A stretch of 61,688 nucleotides of DNA, the filler included, from Basidiobolus meristosporus CBS 931.73 (Eukaryota; Fungi; Basidiobolomycota): the NCBI GenBank assembly GCA_002104905.1. It is 4 parts of 4 records of this genome, joined end to end, with 100 filler letters (N's around TTAATTAATTAA, not from the genome) between each part and the next. Parts side by side here need not be neighbours in the genome. Positions count along the whole stretch, not along the records: positions 1 to 12,167 come from MCFE01001254.1; positions 12,268 to 30,859 come from MCFE01001055.1; 2 more parts are not named here. The stretch is one strand, 5' to 3'. The notes beneath the pieces are model-generated. The model saw nothing but the letters and a program-made list of their open reading frames with translations, was not told the origin of the DNA and did not search any database. Position 1 is the stretch's first letter. Every line of letters begins with the position of its first letter. The translations under genes were made by a program, and so were the position numbers. Positions 11,871 through 22,815 of the stretch are shown here, in pieces.

Positions 11871-12167
11871 TTAGGGTTAGGGTTAGGGTTAGGGTTAGGG
11901 TTAGGGTTAGGGTTAGGGTTAGGGTTAGGGTTAGGGTTAGGGTTAGGGTTAGGGTTAGGGTTAGGGTTAGGGTTAGGGTTAGGGTTAGGGTTAGGGTTAG
12001 GGTTAGGGTTAGGGTTAGGGTTAGGGTTAGGGTTAGGGTTAGGGTTAGGGTTAGGGTTAGGGTTAGGGTTAGGGTTAGGGTTAGGGTTAGGGTTAGGGTT
12101 AGGGTTAGGGTTAGGGTTAGGGTTAGGGTTAGGGTTAGGGTTAGGGTTAGGGTTAGGGTTAGGGTTA
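11871..12167 (+). repeat. Telomeric (TTAGGG)n, about 49.5 units, oriented as a chromosome end to the right
   Basis: Pure TTAGGG array running to the contig end. Confidence 0.98.
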
Positions 12168-12267
12168 NNNNNNNNNNNNNNNNNNNNNNNNNNNNNNNNN
12201 NNNNNNNNNNNTTAATTAATTAANNNNNNNNNNNNNNNNNNNNNNNNNNNNNNNNNNNNNNNNNNNN
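12168..12267. other. Artificial contig linker (44 N + TTAATTAATTAA + 44 N)
   Basis: Identical 100-bp structure at three places; the 12-mer has stop codons in all six frames. Confidence 0.97.
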
Positions 12268-13260
12268 ACTAGGGAATTGAGCTAGTTGATAATTACAATG
12301 CCTCTTTTTACCCCCCCCCACTGAACCTATGCCCCGGCACAGATAATTATTGACCAAAATTATTATGAAAGGCTTGCGTATGCAGGAGTGTCACCATACA
12401 GTCATTCCTGAGGTATGTGGGTGTGGTATGGATCTACTTGGTCCATATATCAATACAGTAACCCGCCCAGTGCGTACTACAACATCAAATGTTTTACATA
12501 TTCCTGTGCAATATACGAGAATCCGTAGGGAGGAACAGCAAAGGAAGCTTAAAGCGTTGATAATACATATTAAAGCATTGCAATAAATAACTCTTAGCCC
12601 CTTCATTTTGATTTTCGAATAAGTTAACAGTTGGGTAGAGTGGCGTCAATCTGTAGCTCAAGCTTCTGGAGAACTGGTTGGGTGAAGGCTTGAGTAGTGG
12701 GTCACTGCTGATGATTTCTATCCATGTTTTTTAGAGCCTAGTGTTGACATGGGCATCTTCAAGTAATTGCGAGATGGCAAGGTTATTACAGACTTGGGGA
12801 ACGCGTGAGGCTGGCAACAGAGCAACGAAAACCAAGCGCACTGGAGCAGTCAGAGGTTGGCAAGTCTGAGTGGATGGTCACCAGTAGCCGCTACAATAAA
12901 GTTCGACTACCGACTTACTCTTTTCCTGCTTTTATGCAAAGTTGTGTACCTGCTTAAACATTCAGTTATGAATTTTGATTTTAAAGATCAGAAAACTGTA
13001 ATCGGAATCAAACAAGTATGTCATTTTGCAAACAAAATTTTAAGCATTTTTCTTTTCAATGTGATTTTGCAGCAATATAAATTGATATTTTGAATGATAG
13101 TTGGATAACAGCAAGCTGTCAGAATGAGCGTACTGGGAATGTACTATATGCATAATCCTGTAAAGTACAGATGCTCTCTATTTATAGGAAAAAATTCGTT
13201 AGAAATTTTCACTCATTTCGTTGCCTAATCCCATAATATTGAAATCGACGAAAATAAATG
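12268..13260. repeat. Segmental duplication, copy 1 (copy 2 at about 24227-25400)
   Basis: Long near-identical blocks, e.g. 12640-13060 vs 24530-24970 (gtagagtggcgtc...gcaaacaaaattttaag). Confidence 0.9.
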
Positions 13261-13269
13261 TATTATATG

Positions 13270-13598
13270 TACTGTTGTGGACTGCTTGGCGTATTCCAGC
13301 GCGTTGGCCCCACCCTCCAGGTCGAGACTGGGTCCTGCTTGATACTTGGTATTGAAGCCTTTATAGCTGTTGGAGTTAGCAATGTTTAGGTTATTGTGGT
13401 TTCTGGTCACGGTGGTCAAACCTGGCACAATAACGGGGATTGAACATTGGACGTCTTAACAACGTTTTGGTAGCAATCATTCGTATACTGTACACATGGT
13501 AAACTGCGATAATGAACCCTTCTATACTCGCGAGTGCATGGAGAGTAACCGCCGATTGCGGCAAGGTCTAGAATCACTGCTACGGTAATAAAGCGCAT
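13270..13598 (-). pseudogene. Family A secreted-protein paralog, pseudogene
   Basis: MRFITVAVILDLAA then a deletion of the signal-peptide end, CTREYRRVHYRSLPC, a frameshift near 13430, and 3' truncation relative to 15181-15678. Confidence 0.85.
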
Positions 13599-13946
13599 GT
13601 GGAGTGAATAACGTATTTGTGGGCTGGTATATAGGCTTGGCTGGACAAATTGCTATAACTTATTTCATGGATTAATCAGGTCATTACTCACACTATCGCT
13701 ATGATACTTATATGCTGCCCTTGTATATTGTTGATGTAACACCACTTTGTGCTGCATATCCAATACTATACGAGATAATCCCTACTCCACCATGCCACTA
13801 AATTCCTTGAAAGTTACTGTTTCCGCACTTGCTCCTCTCCCTTTTTGCTGGGTAACCCCACAGACTAGGCTTAAGTTCTCCCGGCTTTTTCTGTCTTCTA
13901 AAAGCGATCCAGGGCGACAAAAAATACGTCAATCCCATCAGTTGCA

Positions 13947-14204
13947 TCATGAACACGCTTTGCCACGCTTCCACTCTGTGTACCTAGGCTTTGAGAAAGC
14001 TCCTGGATCATCCTCACGCATTCTGCGAACCTTACTTCCTGTCCAGAATGAAGATGGAAACTCTTCATTACACGCCTTTACGTTTTTATATAGCTCTACA
14101 TACTCGAGGGTTGCCGTAGTATTGGGTCGGTTGCGTTCAAGAGGAGCGGCAAAAGAGGATGCAAGTATCAAAGCACTGACTAAGAGGATATCTTGAGTAG
14201 ACAC
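13947..14204 (-). pseudogene. Family C small secreted protein (85 codons) with GTG where the paralog has ATG; start-lost or non-ATG
   Basis: (V)STQDILLVSALILASSFAAPLER... reads like a signal peptide, with TATAAAG just upstream. The paralog remnant at about 27690 reads ATG CTT TTC ATA AAT ATC CTC TTA, aligning ATG with GTG at 14202-14204. Confidence 0.55.
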
Positions 14205-14727
14205 TCCTCTACGGCCTTTATATTCGTTATTATACCTTCTTGGTTTGTAAGTCACACAACATGCAACTTTAATATTAATCACGCTTGGGAAGAACCCAGG
14301 GATGATTTAAACAGTCTAGTTCATCTGGTATAAAGTAGCACTTTTCTTGGATTGGATTCATCACTAAGCCATATCTCTTACATCTGTGCATCGATAACAG
14401 CAGTGTCTTGAACGATCATTACTCACTACTCAGTATCATCTAGACAATTGCCTCGTTTACAACTGGTTTATTGACCATTACATAGGAAAAGATCTATGTA
14501 CTTCGTCTTTGAGGCATCCATTGAATTTCAGTTTAATTTAGTCTGCCAAACCCGGGATTTTGTATTTATTGATCGTAAATTCGATTGCCATTTCTTCATT
14601 ATGAAAAGACACTGATGGGTAACGACAAAACAATAGGTAAAGATACTTTGTGATGCTTGCTTTGAGTGATGGTAGTACTTCAAGAATATTTGATTCGATA
14701 CGTTTTCGTAAGGTCCAAGTACAAGCT

Positions 14728-14809
14728 GGTGAGGTGGCCGAGTGGTCTAAGGCGCTGCGTTCAGGTCGCAGTCTCTTCGGAGGCGTGGGTTCGAACCCCA
14801 CCCTCATCA
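14728..14809 (+). tRNA. tRNA-Leu(CAG): tRNA-Leu (anticodon CAG), intronless, 82 nt
   Basis: Acceptor stem GGTGAGG/CCTCATC, D-arm GCCGAGTGGTCTAAGGC, anticodon arm CTGCG-TTCAGGT-CGCAG, long variable arm, GGTTCGAACCC T-arm, followed by TTTT. Confidence 0.97.
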
Positions 14810-15180
14810 CTTTTGTTATATTCCTATAGCTTGCACAAAAATTATAAGAGAAAATATCACAATGCTAACAGTTGCTGAGTAGTCTGTCAATCTCGAATAT
14901 TTGTGTTACCAAAGTCAATCCGGTAACCCTGCCAGGCATTCTCTCTGATATCAACCTTTTCAGTGGAGGGCAGCATCACTAAAGACTGAGGGTGAGTATG
15001 TTAGTACGTAAGCGAATATCTAATATTAATGCCCGCAGCTCTGATCATGATACAGGTGCGTGCAAGTAAAAAGCTAATCATAAGTAACAAATATAAGAAT
15101 GTCATTTGAACTTTATTGATTGAGGATTTTTACTAATAATGTGGTGACGGCTGCCTACATCTTCAGCTCATGTCATCGCA

Positions 15181-15678
15181 CTAATTGTATTGAACGTTTT
15201 GCTCTGGACAATCTTCTACGCATTGCATCTCTGCCACAGGGGTTGTGTATTGTATATCTTGGGTGGGCTGCATCAGGACGTAGGGAGAGAAAGAACCATC
15301 TTCCAAGTGTTCCGCTCCCTTTTGCTTAGCATATTCTAATGCGTTGGCCCCACCCTCCAGTTCGAGACTGGGCCCTGCTTGATACTTGACATTGAAGCCT
15401 TTGTTGCTGTTGGCGTTAGCAATGTTCAGGTTATCGTGCTTTCTGGTCACCGTGGTGAAAACCTGGCGCAATAACGGGGATTGGACATTCGTCGTCTTAA
15501 CGACAGGCAAAACTCGAGCGTTTTGGTAGCAATCGCTCGCATACTGTGCACATGGTAAGCTGCGATAATGCACCCTTCTATACTCGCGAGTGCATGGAGA
15601 AGAACAGCCGATTGGGACAGCAACGGCAACTTGAAGAGCGGCAAGGCCTAGAATCACTGCTACGGTAGTAGAGCGCAT
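15181..15678 (-). CDS. Family A predicted secreted protein, 165 aa, unknown function
   Basis: Signal peptide MRSTTVAVILGLAALQVAVA-VP, TATA element about 45 bp upstream, and two further paralogs in the contig. Confidence 0.8.
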   Translation of the reverse strand: MRSTTVAVILGLAALQVAVAVPIGCSSPCTREYRRVHYRSLPCAQYASDCYQNARVLPVVKTTNVQSPLLRQVFTTVTRKHDNLNIANANSNKGFNVKYQAGPSLELEGGANALEYAKQKGAEHLEDGSFSPYVLMQPTQDIQYTTPVAEMQCVEDCPEQNVQYN

Positions 15679-16030
15679 GCTGAAGAATAGCTGAGAAATG
15701 AGTTAGTTGCATAGGCCGCTATATAGCATGGGAGGCTATATAATAAGGCTAAGTCGAGGGCATAAAGTGAGTCTTGTTACATTCTATAGACTTTATTGAG
15801 GAAGCCTGTAACATATAAAACACATGCACTGGAATGACAGCCTCTGTATATATATATGGCTCTATCACCGCTGCCCATACTTCTCTTCAATACTCACAAT
15901 GACATTGTGTACAACGATAAGTGCCACTGTTTCTGTGTGTGCATATCAGCAAATTCTTGAGTACTGTACATCATCAGTATACCGAGTAATATGTTGCTCA
16001 TTTTATTTCGTAAATTTACTTTCACTAGAC

Positions 16031-16576
16031 TTAATATCTGTTTCCACTGAAATATCTAACTTTGAAGTGGCGACGAGCAGATCTCTTATACTTCTTGTAC
16101 CCACCTTTAAGCGCACGCGCTGCTGGCTGAGTGATGATAATTTGTGACTGTTGCTGCTTGGGCTGGTACAGGGTTTGGTCGATGACTTGCGCTTGGTCGA
16201 ACTGGTTTGAGTTGGACAAGGCATTGGCTTTACTGGAGGAATGGCCATTGATTTTGTCCAGCAAGGCTTGGGATGGTTGAAGATTGGAAATATCGAACCC
16301 TTGCAACCCAGAGAATCCTGGCTGCTCACCCGAAGTCTCGCTTGTCTGCATTGGCTCACTCATCTCCGAATCATCCCCCTCCTCAGTTGACGGCTGGTAT
16401 TCTTGACTGGGGGCCGAAGTGTCCTGATAACAAGCACCCTGTTGTTCGACGCATGGCTCATTGGTGAAGGCTACCGGGGAGTCACCGAGTGGGGTAGCGG
16501 AGATTGCTTGCAACGAAGCGATGGCGGAAACTAGCAAGAGGAAGGAAAGCTGCATGACTGGCTGGTGGAGTCTCAT
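16031..16576 (-). CDS. Family B predicted secreted Gln/Ser-rich protein, 181 aa (or 174 aa from the second Met), basic C-terminus
   Basis: Signal peptide MQLSFLLLVSAIASLQAISA-TP, TATAAA about 20 bp upstream, paralogs at 26590-27103 and about 30460-30660. Confidence 0.8.
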   Translation of the reverse strand: MRLHQPVMQLSFLLLVSAIASLQAISATPLGDSPVAFTNEPCVEQQGACYQDTSAPSQEYQPSTEEGDDSEMSEPMQTSETSGEQPGFSGLQGFDISNLQPSQALLDKINGHSSSKANALSNSNQFDQAQVIDQTLYQPKQQQSQIIITQPAARALKGGYKKYKRSARRHFKVRYFSGNRY

Positions 16577-17893
16577 GCGAATTTTGCCGATTTATATCAC
16601 CTCGATCCCACTCAATTAGGCTTCGTTCATAGCACTAGCTTTATACGAGCTAGATTGATTTAACCTTTGCTACTTTACCTCTTCGTACCAAGGCTACACA
16701 GTATAGGTTGCACTTCAAAGTGTGAGGAATGAGGGCGATCTGGTCAATGATATCCTTAATATCGTTCCAAATTCTCTCAGTTTTTGCAATAACTATCCGT
16801 GTTAGTAAGGACTTCGGTAATTTTTTACTAATGAGCTTGAGGGTTACCGTCCAGAAAGTCCAAGGTCATTGCGGTCAATTTCAATGGGGTTTGGTACTCT
16901 TTTGTATCAGTGTAGTCCTGTGAGCTTAACATGCACTTTTGGTATCTTTATTCCATCTTTAAGGCAAGTGTCTCTTACAATAGTCCTGTCATTGCCTGGA
17001 AGGTATTGTCCTTTGGTAGTGCTGTTTTCTTGCTGTACACATGATTAAATATATTGCTGATCTGACCCTGCCGCAACTGGAGAGCAGCAACCACGGTCAA
17101 GCTTTGGGGCAGGCTTATTAAATTAACCAGTTATTACAAGAACCTAGGGTTGTTGCTGATTGGTGAACGATACGACTGTCATGGGGTGTACAGCACAGTA
17201 CAGGCGAGAATAAATTGGTTAGTTTTTTGCCAAGAGTTGGGGATATTGAGTGGATAGTGCTTGGGATAGTTGAGGCTGCCTTGGAATTTCTTGTTGTAGT
17301 ACACGCGTTTTCAATTAGTTATTTGTCAAGAAACAAGCCAATTGTGCCTGTTCACTTTATTTGTGTTACGCTTTATCTATGCTGCTACCATTGATAGCTT
17401 GGATGGCGATGCTTTCTTGCAAGACACATGCACTTATCTATTGCAAACTTTACCCTGCCACAGATGGAGTACAGCGTCGGATTAAGAGCTCAGCCACCGA
17501 CTACCACGGTCATTCTTTTGGGCAGGTTGATTATATAACCTGTTATTTCAAGAACAGACTCATTGCTGATTGGTGCAAATCCTTGTCACCAATGACCGGC
17601 ATGGTGCATAGAGACGGTGCCGGCATGAAGGAAATATTCATGGATGTGCTTAGCTAGTACTGGTTTCCTCAGGTAATGTTGCAGATTTGGCCTCAACTGT
17701 AACCATTCATGATTTCTGGATCATTTCTCCAAGCTTGGCCTAAGACTCAGCACTTTAGGTGGGAAGCCGCTATACTTAGTAGAAAAGGGCACATGAAGCA
17801 GCCAACACTAAGCCACCACCTGGATAAGGTGATATAAAGCAGCAGGTGTGGGCTTGTCAGTCTCAAGACCTATTGCACTCCACTTTCTCAGCC

Positions 17894-18112
17894 ATGGTAT
17901 CCGATCAAGAAGCCCGTTTGTATTCTGCCGATGTCAGAGAAGAAATTGCCAGAGCCAAGAGAGCTAACAACGGGAACTACGCCTCAGTCACAGTCAAAGG
18001 GATTCGCTGGACTTGGAGAGGACCCGGAACTGGCGAGCTGTCCTTCAAGCAGATCCTCGAGGGGAGAAAGGGGACTGCCTGCGTGGATAGCCAGACATGG
18101 GCAATCTCGTAG
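17894..18112 (+). CDS. Family D small protein copy 1 (72 aa), no signal peptide, unknown function
   Basis: GATATAAAG about 60 bp upstream and gccATGG context. Differences from copy 2 are mostly synonymous in this frame. Confidence 0.6.
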   Translation: MVSDQEARLYSADVREEIARAKRANNGNYASVTVKGIRWTWRGPGTGELSFKQILEGRKGTACVDSQTWAIS

Positions 18113-18882
18113 GGTTTGGTTGGTGCTTGCGTAGCCGGTGGACTCTTGGAGATGTTACTGTTAAGGATATTTAGCTGAAACATTGCGAAATAAATTCATC
18201 CAAATCCGCATTCCTTTGACCTAGCTGTGATATGCTCAATGATGCAAAAAGCATTGCATTACAAACATCCAGCACATTTGCTACCTCAAGTCCACATAAC
18301 AGTGACATTTTGTACCTTAAGCCTTGCACTTCCACAGTTTTCAACGATATATTACTAGTCACTGGAATATCCAATCCTCAATGCGTATTTTTTAAATCGT
18401 TGCATTATTGAGTCGGTGTGAATCTTCCCTTTAATAACTTACTGCATGGTTAGGCCGTGTACGTGTAACCATCAGTCCATGGAGATGTTGTGGCTGCACA
18501 GTCTTGGCTGTATAACTTACTGAGTGTCATTGTTGCAAGAGATAACAAGTGTGGATATTGGATAATATATACTGATTGTCGTGGGTGTCTTTGGCTTCAC
18601 CACAGTTGGCCATCCAGTCTTTGCATCTGGTTCATGCCATGCTTGACCAATCCACTCAACGTAAACAACTATTCATCTGGAAGGTGCGTGGATGGTGCGT
18701 GGATGGTTCGTTACCGGCGGACAGTCAATCTGGATTACTTGCTATAAATTGTTGCGGGCTGTATGGAATAAGTGAGGCGTCAAAATGCCGTAGTATTGAG
18801 TCACCGTCTGGGCGGGATAGATATAAAGCAGCAGTTGTGGACTTGTCTGTCTTGAGACTTATTGCACTCCACTTCCTCAGCC

Positions 18883-19107
18883 ATGATATCTGATCAAGAA
18901 GCCCGTTTGTACTCTGCTGATGTCAGAGAAGAAATTGCCAGAGCCAAGAGAGCTAACAACGGAAACTACGCCTCAGTCACAGTGAAAGGGATTTGCTGGA
19001 CTTGGAGAGGACTCGAAACTGGCGAACTGTCCTTCAAGCAGATCCTCAAAGGGAGAAAGGGGACCGCCTGCGTGGATAGGTTTGGTTGGTGCCTACATAG
19101 CCGGTAG
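18883..19107 (+). CDS. Family D small protein copy 2 (74 aa)
   Basis: Tandem duplicate of 17894-18112 with the same TATA. An approximately 23-nt indel changes the C-terminus. Confidence 0.55.
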   Translation: MISDQEARLYSADVREEIARAKRANNGNYASVTVKGICWTWRGLETGELSFKQILKGRKGTACVDRFGWCLHSR

Positions 19108-19949
19108 ACTCTTGGAGATGTTGCTGTTAAGGATATTTAGCTGAAGCATTGTGAAGTAATAAACATTCCTTTGACCCAGCTGTATTATGCTCATTGCACT
19201 TTATTAAATATATGTGAATTGCTATTTTGATTGTCTAAGTGTGCAACTGCCATGTACAGGCTAAACTTGCAGCTTTCAGTATCTCAGGTTCTATTGTTTT
19301 TACAGACAAAGATAAATATTTTCTCGGGGGTGAATAGGCTGAACATCCTTTCCACAAGACTTGGTAATATGTTATCGTGAAATTCACACTTACCAGGTGT
19401 GGGGCAAGTATTACTGTTGTCCAAGGTTGATGATTCTGTGAACAGAATAGGAAATTTCAAAGGCGCCTTCATTATACCTTTTTCGAATAACCGTCATACA
19501 GATACAACACGCTTTACGATACAGTTGAAAGATAAAGATGTGATATCGAAGAGTGTTATTGTAGGGATGTGTAGAGTTCAAGAGTGAATGGCAACTACTT
19601 CAACGAATATTCTTGGCGTATTTTTAGTTGCAGTGGAGAGTATTTCTTCAGATACCGGGAGCAAAAACGGATATTTTGAATAAACATTAAAGTGATTTAA
19701 TGGTATCACGGGCCCTGATCTTGGGGGGAATAAATAGTCACATACGTCTACTAGTGTATTTATGCTTATTGTCCAGCATCCACCAGAGGTTTTTGACAGA
19801 GTAGCACTGTTATTTATACCGTTGTAAATGATGTGTAGCATGTATGGTTAGAATACCCCAACATACACTGTTTACTTCTTTATACAGCTACTTTGTATAC
19901 TTGCATTATTTCTAGCATTCAACATTGAACGTATTGGATTTATTGATTA

Positions 19950-20147
19950 TCAGATACAGCATCTCTGGCCAGACTTGCATCCAGTATCCCAGAACACGGA
20001 TCTCCAACCGGTGGGGCAGCCACCAGAAACGCACAAGGAGCCTCTTGAGTTCCCTTGGGCTTGGCACGAGAGAGCATCTACGGAGCCAGAACTGAAGCTG
20101 GCCACAAGGAAGGCGACCATCAAGGAGACTGCAAATTTCTTCATCAT
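19950..20147 (-). CDS. Secreted six-cysteine defensin-like peptide, copy 1 (25-aa signal + 40-aa mature)
   Basis: MMKKFAVSLMVAFLVASFSSGSVDA / LSCQAQGNSRGSLCVSGGCPTGWRSVFWDTGCKSGQRCCI. C-x10-C-x4-C-x12-C-x5-CC spacing; TATATA about 55 bp upstream. Confidence 0.85.
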   Translation of the reverse strand: MMKKFAVSLMVAFLVASFSSGSVDALSCQAQGNSRGSLCVSGGCPTGWRSVFWDTGCKSGQRCCI

Positions 20148-21187
20148 TGTTTTGATTGAGAGCTTAGTGTGTGAATGATGTCTAGCAGCAAGGTTAGCGC
20201 AATATATAGGCGTCATTTCCCCATTGTTGCACATACTTTTGTCAATAGTTGTCTACGAATGGTTGTACAAGAGAAGAAGGTTACCTGGGTAATGTAAACC
20301 AGTTCCAGGAAATTATATGTATTGATGGCCAACATCAAAAGAGCAGTAGCGTTTAAATGGTATTTCTCGTATGGCATAGTGTCACCTCTTTATTCAAACA
20401 TATAAATGATGCGGCAATAATATGCAAAATCTGAACTGGGCTGCTCATCACATTTTGTGCCACACAGCTTTTGCCGTGCAATACACTCATCTACGAAGAA
20501 TGTTCTAAATGCAGTACCACACGGATGAAAGTAAGCCTTCCCTGTTATTTTCAAGTGTAGAACTACTTTGCCGATAGTTCAATAGAAAATTTATTAGGTA
20601 GATACAACATCTTTGGTGTCCCGGAATACCAACCTTTGACCAATACCTGAAGGGCGCAAGTAGAGAGTGTCAACACAGCTGGCCTCAATAATGGCAGGTA
20701 AGGAGAGTTGTAACATGTAAAGTAACCAAGTACTCTTGAAGCATGTGCAATATAGGTCATTACGTACACTGCTAATTATCCAACTCTGTGCAAAGCACTC
20801 ACTCAACGGTTGTTGTGGCTAGGCAGTCTGTAACAGTGGAACATGTAAACCAGCTCTATACACGAATAACAATGTAATGGTTACATTCACTCTACTTATT
20901 GACAGTTATAGCAATCATGATATGCAGCATTGTTGCTTATACAGTGTAAATGATATATAGCACTGTGGCAAACAACAGTTCAATAGATGGTTCCCAATAC
21001 AGTTGCACATATTAAGCCCCAAAGATGAGACCAGCATATTTTGCTATACTATTGACTCCCATTATACTGCTATATAGTTGCTGCTTGCTTCTTAAGCACT
21101 AATCTCCGTATATACAATACGGCTTGTCTCTAGCATCTGCATTGTCATGTGTACGTTCCACATTGAACGTACTGGATTTATTAACTA

Positions 21188-21385
21188 TCAGATACAGCAT
21201 CTTTGGCCAGACTTGCATCCAGTATCCCAGAATACGGATCTCCAACCGGTGGGGCAGCTACCGGAAACGCACAAGGAGCCTCTTGAGTTCCCTTGGGCTT
21301 GGCACGAGAGAGCATCTACGGAGCCGGAACTGGAGCTGGCCACAAGGAAGGCAACCATCAGGGAGACTGCAAGTTTCTTCATCAT
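21188..21385 (-). CDS. Secreted six-cysteine defensin-like peptide, copy 2
   Basis: Intact 65-aa ORF; the mature peptide differs from copy 1 only by G18S. Confidence 0.85.
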   Translation of the reverse strand: MMKKLAVSLMVAFLVASSSSGSVDALSCQAQGNSRGSLCVSGSCPTGWRSVFWDTGCKSGQRCCI

Positions 21386-22461
21386 TGTTTTGATTGAGAG
21401 CTTAGTGTGTGAATGATGTCTAGCAGCGGGGTTGGCTCAATATATAGGCGTCATATCCACATTGTTGTACATACTTTTGTCAATAGTCGCTGTGGCTAGC
21501 TCTAGGAATGGTTGTACAAGAGAAGAAGGCTACCTGGGTAATGTAAACCAGTTACACAGAGCTGCAGCATTGAGATGATATTAATACACAAAAACAAATT
21601 GGCAATCCATGAACCGGGTTGCTCATCAGACATGCCATATATAGTGGTAGTTCTACACCAATAAAGCATCTTTGGCCTCTAACTGGAAAGTAAATCAAGA
21701 CCTCAAGATGCATAGACAATCTTGATAATTACGTTTACTGTAACACGTACATTCCATGACTGTTGTGGCTAAGCAGTCTGTGACAACAGAATGAGTGTGG
21801 ATACATTGATTACAGTCAAATCTACCATTTGAGACTTAAAGCGGTAACGATATTCAATCGAGATATGCAAAGTCCTAGGTAACACTGTCGCTTATAAAGT
21901 ATAAATGAATCTTGATTTTTAAGCCTAGATGCTGCTATTTGCAATAACACGCAAGTATTTGATATAACTTTAGTGTTTGTAACGATTTGCATTGATTTTG
22001 CTACAAGTAAATATAGATATGAGATTGCTGTCCCACTTGGGAATTGAAATATGTTGTGTTCTTTACGACGACTTAGCCGATAATTCATTAGATAATTTAT
22101 TACGTAGATACAACATCTTTGGTGTTCCGGAATATCAAACTTTGACTTACGCCTGAAGGGCGCAAGTAGAGAGTGTCAACACAACTGGCCTCCATAATGG
22201 CAGGTAAGGAAAGTTGTAATATGTAAAGTAAGCAAGTCCTCTTGACGCATGAGCAATACAGGACATCATGTACACTGTTACTTATCCTTCCTCTGTGCAA
22301 AACACTCACTCACATAAAGAGGAGGCTAGCATATTTTGCTACACTTTGGCCATAGTTACTGCTTGCTTCTTAAGCGCCAATCTCCGAATACTCTGTCCTG
22401 TTTCTAGCATCTGCATTATTGTGTGTAAATTCAACATTGAACATATTGGATTTATTAACTA

Positions 22462-22659
22462 TCAGATACAGCATCTTTGGCCAGACTTGCATCCAGTATC
22501 CCAGAACACGGATCTCCAACCGGTGGGGCAGCTACCGGAAACGCACAAGGAGCCTCTTGAGTTCCCTTGGGCTTGGCACGAGAGAGCATCTACGGAGCTG
22601 GAACTGGAGCTGACCACAAGGAAGGCGACCATCAAGGAGACAGCAAATTTCTTCATCAT
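22462..22659 (-). CDS. Secreted six-cysteine defensin-like peptide, copy 3
   Basis: Intact 65-aa ORF; mature peptide identical to copy 2. Confidence 0.85.
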   Translation of the reverse strand: MMKKFAVSLMVAFLVVSSSSSSVDALSCQAQGNSRGSLCVSGSCPTGWRSVFWDTGCKSGQRCCI

Positions 22660-22803
22660 TGTTTTGATTGAGAGCTTAGTGTGTGAATGATGTCTAGCAG
22701 CAAGGTTAGCTCAATATATAGGCGTCATTTCCCCATTGTTGCACATACTTTTGTCAATAGTCGCTGTGGCTAGCTCTACAAATGGTTATGCAAGAGAAGA
22801 AAG

Positions 22804-22815
22804 TTACCCGGGTAA
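22804..22815. promoter_or_regulatory. Palindrome TTACCCGGGTAA about 150 bp upstream of the defensin-like gene; variants upstream of every copy
   Basis: TTACCTGGGTAA at 20281-20292, CTACCTGGGTAA at 21530-21541 and 22835-22846, each followed by TGTAAACCAG. Confidence 0.4.

Noticed and set aside
12212-12223. TTAATTAATTAA as a biological motif
   Set aside because: An assembly linker centred in exactly 100-bp N gaps.
14538-14878. ORFs overlapping the tRNA
   Set aside because: Incidental frames across the tRNA-Leu gene.
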